64,000 nt of DNA, from positions 1-64,000 of the forward strand of contig CAVWWD010000007.1 of assembly GCA_963758635.1 (NCBI GenBank). Reading direction: 5' to 3'. The notes beneath the pieces were generated by a model, which was not told where the DNA came from, did not search any database, and was given only the letters and a program-made list of their open reading frames with translations. The translations under genes were made by a program, and so were the position numbers. Each line of letters starts with the position of its first letter. Within the stretch, counting starts at the first letter, position 1. The stretch comes from an uncultured Candidatus Rokubacteria bacterium (lineage in GTDB: Bacteria > Methylomirabilota > Methylomirabilia > Rokubacteriales > CSP1-6). Below are positions 61,004-64,000 of the stretch, one piece after another.

Positions 61004-62634
61004 ATGGCCATCCCGCACGGACTCATCGGACGCACCGGGCCACGGTGGACGCCGCCCCACATCGGCCGACGCACGAGCTGGCTCCTCGCGAGCCTCGTCG
61101 CCCTGATCGCGCTGATCGTGATCGGCGCGTTCTTCGTGGACGAGCCGCTCCGCCGCTACGTGGAGCGACGGATGAACGAGAGCCTCGACGGCTACACCGT
61201 CAGCATCCGCCGGCTGAGCTTCCATCCCATCGGCGCGTCGCTGACGCTCTACGACGTTGTGTTCGTCCAGAGCGCGCATCCGGACCCGCCCGTGATATTC
61301 ATCCCGCGGCTCGACGCGAGCACGCAGTGGCGCGAGGTGATCCGGCTCAGGGCGGTCGCCAACTTCCGCCTGCAATGGCCGGAGCTGTGGTTGAACTTCA
61401 AGCAGCTGCGCGAGGAGGTCAAGAAGGACACGTCGGTGTCCGACCGCGGGTGGCAGGAGGCGTTCCAGGCGATCTTCCCGCTCAAGATCAACAAGTTCAC
61501 GATCGTCGACGGGAAGGTGACCTACATCGACGAGGGTCCGTTCGCGCCGCTCACGCTCTACAGCGTGAACATCGACGCCGACAACATCCGCAACGTGCAG
61601 TCGGCGGAGCGCACGTATCCCTCGGAGCTTCACGCCGAGGCGCTCGTGTTCGACAAGGGTAAGCTGGTGATCGACGGCAACGCGGACTTCCTGGCCGCGC
61701 CACACCCGAGCGTGAAGGCGCAGGTGAAGCTCGACGACATCGCGCTGAGCTACTTCGAGCCGGTGGCGCGGCGCTACGACGCCGTGCTCAAGGGCGGGCG
61801 CCTGTCGCTGGAGGGCGCCGTGGAGTATGCGCCGACGTTCCGCCAGGTGGATCTCGCCCTGGTCAGGATCGACAACGTGCGGCTCGACTGGGTGCACAAG
61901 CGCGCCGACAAGAGCCCGACGGCCACGGCCGGCACGATGGTCCAGAAGACCACCGAGCAGGTGGCCGACCGGCCCGACATGGTGCTCCGCCTGCGCGAGC
62001 TGCGGATCACGCGCAGCGACCTCGGAGTGATCGACCGGGGCGCGAGCCCCGAGTACCGCGTGTTCCTGACCGGCACCGACGCCAGCATCACGAACCTGGG
62101 CAACCAGCCGGCCGAGGGCCGCTCGGAGGTGAAGATCCGCGGCAAGTTCATGGGGAGCGGCGACGCGTCGTGACGGGATCGTTCCTGGCGAACCCGAAGG
62201 GCCCCGACTTCGACGTGGACATCCGGATCGAGAACACCGACATGACGAGGATGAACGACCTGCTGCGCGCGCACGGGGGCTTCAACGTCGTGTCGGGCAC
62301 CTTCAACTTCTACTCGGAGATCAAGGTCAAGGACGGGCGCATCGCCGGCTACGTGAAGCCGCTGTTCAAGGACCTGGTGGCCTACAACCCGTCCCAGGAC
62401 CGCGAGAAGGGGTTCGTGCAGAAGCTCAAGGAGCGGGTGGTCAACGTGGTCGGCAAGGTGATGAAGAACGTGCCGCGCAAGGAGGTGGCCACCAAGGTCG
62501 ACATCTCCGGGCCGCTGGAGAACCCGGAATACAGCACGCTCCAGGTGATCCTCCGCATCGTCCAGAACGCCTTCTTCAAGGCCATCCTGCCCGGATTCGA
62601 GAGCGCGCCGCGGACGGCGCCGGCGAAAACCTAG
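61004..62634 (+). CDS. DUF748/AsmA-like protein (frameshift near 62170)
   Basis: N-terminal TM then beta-rich repeats; C-terminal GYVKPLF and NAFFKAI. Confidence 0.72.
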
Positions 62635-62656
62635 GGCAGGGCGTGGACCGTGCGGG

Positions 62657-63172
62657 TCAGCGTCGGCGCGGCGGGCGGCGCCTGCCTCGGCCCTCGAGCG
62701 CCGTGACGCGGAGCTCGAGGACGTCCAGGCGCTGCCTCGTGATGGGGCTGTCCTCTTCGAGGGATCGTACCCGCCGACCGAGATCGGCCAGCGGCTCGGT
62801 TGCGATGCGGAAGTCGGCGCGAAGCGCTTCCACGAGGACCGTCATGTGCCGCCGTGTTTCCTGATCGCCGGCGGTGATGATCTCTCGCATTCTCCCCTCG
62901 GAGGCCTGAATCTCGGTGGCGAGCCGTTCGCCCATGCGCGCCTCGGAGGCCTGAATCTCGATGGCGAGCCGTTCGCCCATGCGCGCCTCGGAGGCCTGAA
63001 TCTCGATGGCGAGCCGTGTCTCCATCCGTTCCTCGGCGCCCCGGACCTCGTGAGCGATGCGCGTCTCCACGCGGGTCAGGATCCTCGATTCCGTGGCCTG
63101 AAGCTCCCCGGCGATGCGATCGACCAGCCTCTCCTCGAGGGCGACCATGGCGTGGCTCACCTCCGGATCCAT
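62657..63172 (-). CDS. Coiled-coil protein with 15-aa tandem repeats
   Basis: RLAIEIQASEARMGE repeats followed by ETRRHMTVLVEALRADFR. Confidence 0.6.
   Translation of the reverse strand: MDPEVSHAMVALEERLVDRIAGELQATESRILTRVETRIAHEVRGAEERMETRLAIEIQASEARMGERLAIEIQASEARMGERLATEIQASEGRMREIITAGDQETRRHMTVLVEALRADFRIATEPLADLGRRVRSLEEDSPITRQRLDVLELRVTALEGRGRRRPPRRR
62896..63030. repeat. 45-bp tandem repeat, about 3 copies
   Basis: CCTCGGAGGCCTGAATCTCG(G/A)TGGCGAGCCG... starting at 62896, 62941 and 62986. Confidence 0.9.
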
Positions 63173-63383
63173 GCGTCCACTTTGAGGACGGTGGCCGGCG
63201 CTGTCAACTGTGGACGTTCTGATACACCCGCCGGGGGGGGCCTCTGGGGCCGCGACGAGCGCGGCTCGGGAAGCCCGGACATGTGCACGCCGCGCTCGAT
63301 CTTCCTGGCGTTTCGGCGGCTCCTGGCGTAACGTTCCAGGCACAAGCGCGGGAACCCGGCGCGAACCCGGAGAGGAGGACGGC

Positions 63384-63818
63384 ATGCCGAAGATCAAGCA
63401 CATCGCGCTCTCGACCCAGGACGTGGACGGCACCGCGAAGTTCTACATCGACGTGTTCGGGATGAAGGAGATCGCCAAGATCGACAGCCCGGGCGCGCGC
63501 GGCTACTACCTGAGCGACGGCGACATCAACCTGGCCATCCTCAACTTCAAGAACGACGCGGTGGCCGGGGTGGAGCGCGGGAAGGGCTGGAGCGGCATCC
63601 ACCACATCGGCTTTCAGGTGGAGAGCCTGGAAGACATCACCGCGCGCCTCGCCGCCGCTGGCTCGAACCCGCGGGACGACATCAACCAGGCCCTCGGGGT
63701 CGGGCAGGGCAACCGCTACGCGAACGTCGAGATCAAGTACACCGCTCCCGACGGCGTCACGGTGGACGTGTCGGAGCACGGCTGGGTCGGCACCAGCGCC
63801 TTCAGCGCCGGGAGCTAG
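63384..63818 (+). CDS. VOC/glyoxalase family protein
   Basis: KIKHIAL, FYIDVFGM, GIHHIGFQV, PDGVTVDVS; GAGGAGG RBS. Confidence 0.88.
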   Translation: MPKIKHIALSTQDVDGTAKFYIDVFGMKEIAKIDSPGARGYYLSDGDINLAILNFKNDAVAGVERGKGWSGIHHIGFQVESLEDITARLAAAGSNPRDDINQALGVGQGNRYANVEIKYTAPDGVTVDVSEHGWVGTSAFSAGS

Positions 63819-63860
63819 GACCGATCGAGGCCGGAGCGCGCGCCGGGCGCGCTCCGGTCG

Positions 63861-64000
63861 TCACACCCGCCACCACCTGGCGATCTCTGCGTCGAGGGTC
63901 GCGCGATCCGGGTAGCGCCGCTCGACCTCCTCGACGAATCGATTCGCCTCGGCCTGCGTCGGCGCCACGTCCTCCGCGTACGCGGAGAAGTCGTAGACCG
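63861..64000 (-). CDS. 3' end of an unidentified gene entering from beyond the window
   Basis: Open frame ...VYDFSAYAEDVAPTQAEANRFVEEVERRYPDRATLDAEIARWWRV* with GC3-rich codons; hairpin at 63831-63857 between convergent stops. Confidence 0.5.
   Translation of the reverse strand, partial: VYDFSAYAEDVAPTQAEANRFVEEVERRYPDRATLDAEIARWWRV

Noticed and set aside
3308..62634. Many frameshifted genes (gap, livM, livF, coxL-like, SBP, aminoacylase, kinase and others) as pseudogenes or programmed frameshifts
   Set aside because: They are single-base indels in GC runs, affect even gap, and come without in-frame stops or decay; long-read consensus error is the simpler explanation.
62896..63030. CRISPR array
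   Set aside because: Contiguous 45-bp units with no unique spacers, in frame within a CDS, and no cas genes.

Overview
A very GC-rich bacterial chromosomal window; the gene content suggests Candidatus Rokubacteria/Methylomirabilota (inference only). About a dozen genes carry single-base frameshifts, most consistent with long-read consensus errors, so many CDS calls below are frame-corrected. Most of the window is housekeeping or catabolic: gpmA, gap, an M16 peptidase, ABC transporter clusters, a Mo-hydroxylase large subunit, hydantoinase A/B, three luciferase-like oxidoreductases and several type II toxin-antitoxin loci. Four things stand out. (1) A propionyl-CoA synthase (Pcs)-like protein with reversed domain order (reductase then hydratase, no ligase), whose reductase natively carries Ccr-type CO2-binding residues; it is a candidate natural enoyl-CoA carboxylase. 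(2) A sigma54-driven small-peptide + PqqD/RRE + HprK-like kinase + nucleotidyltransferase operon without a lasso cyclase, a candidate new RiPP system. (3) An IS110 element inside a REP-like inverted repeat, whose bridge RNA guides match its own donor junction and insertion site. (4) An enhancer + sigma54 promoter motif shared by the peptide operon and a secreted protein gene about 27 kb away. No rRNA, tRNA or CRISPR array was found. Family assignments come from motif recognition by eye, not database searches.
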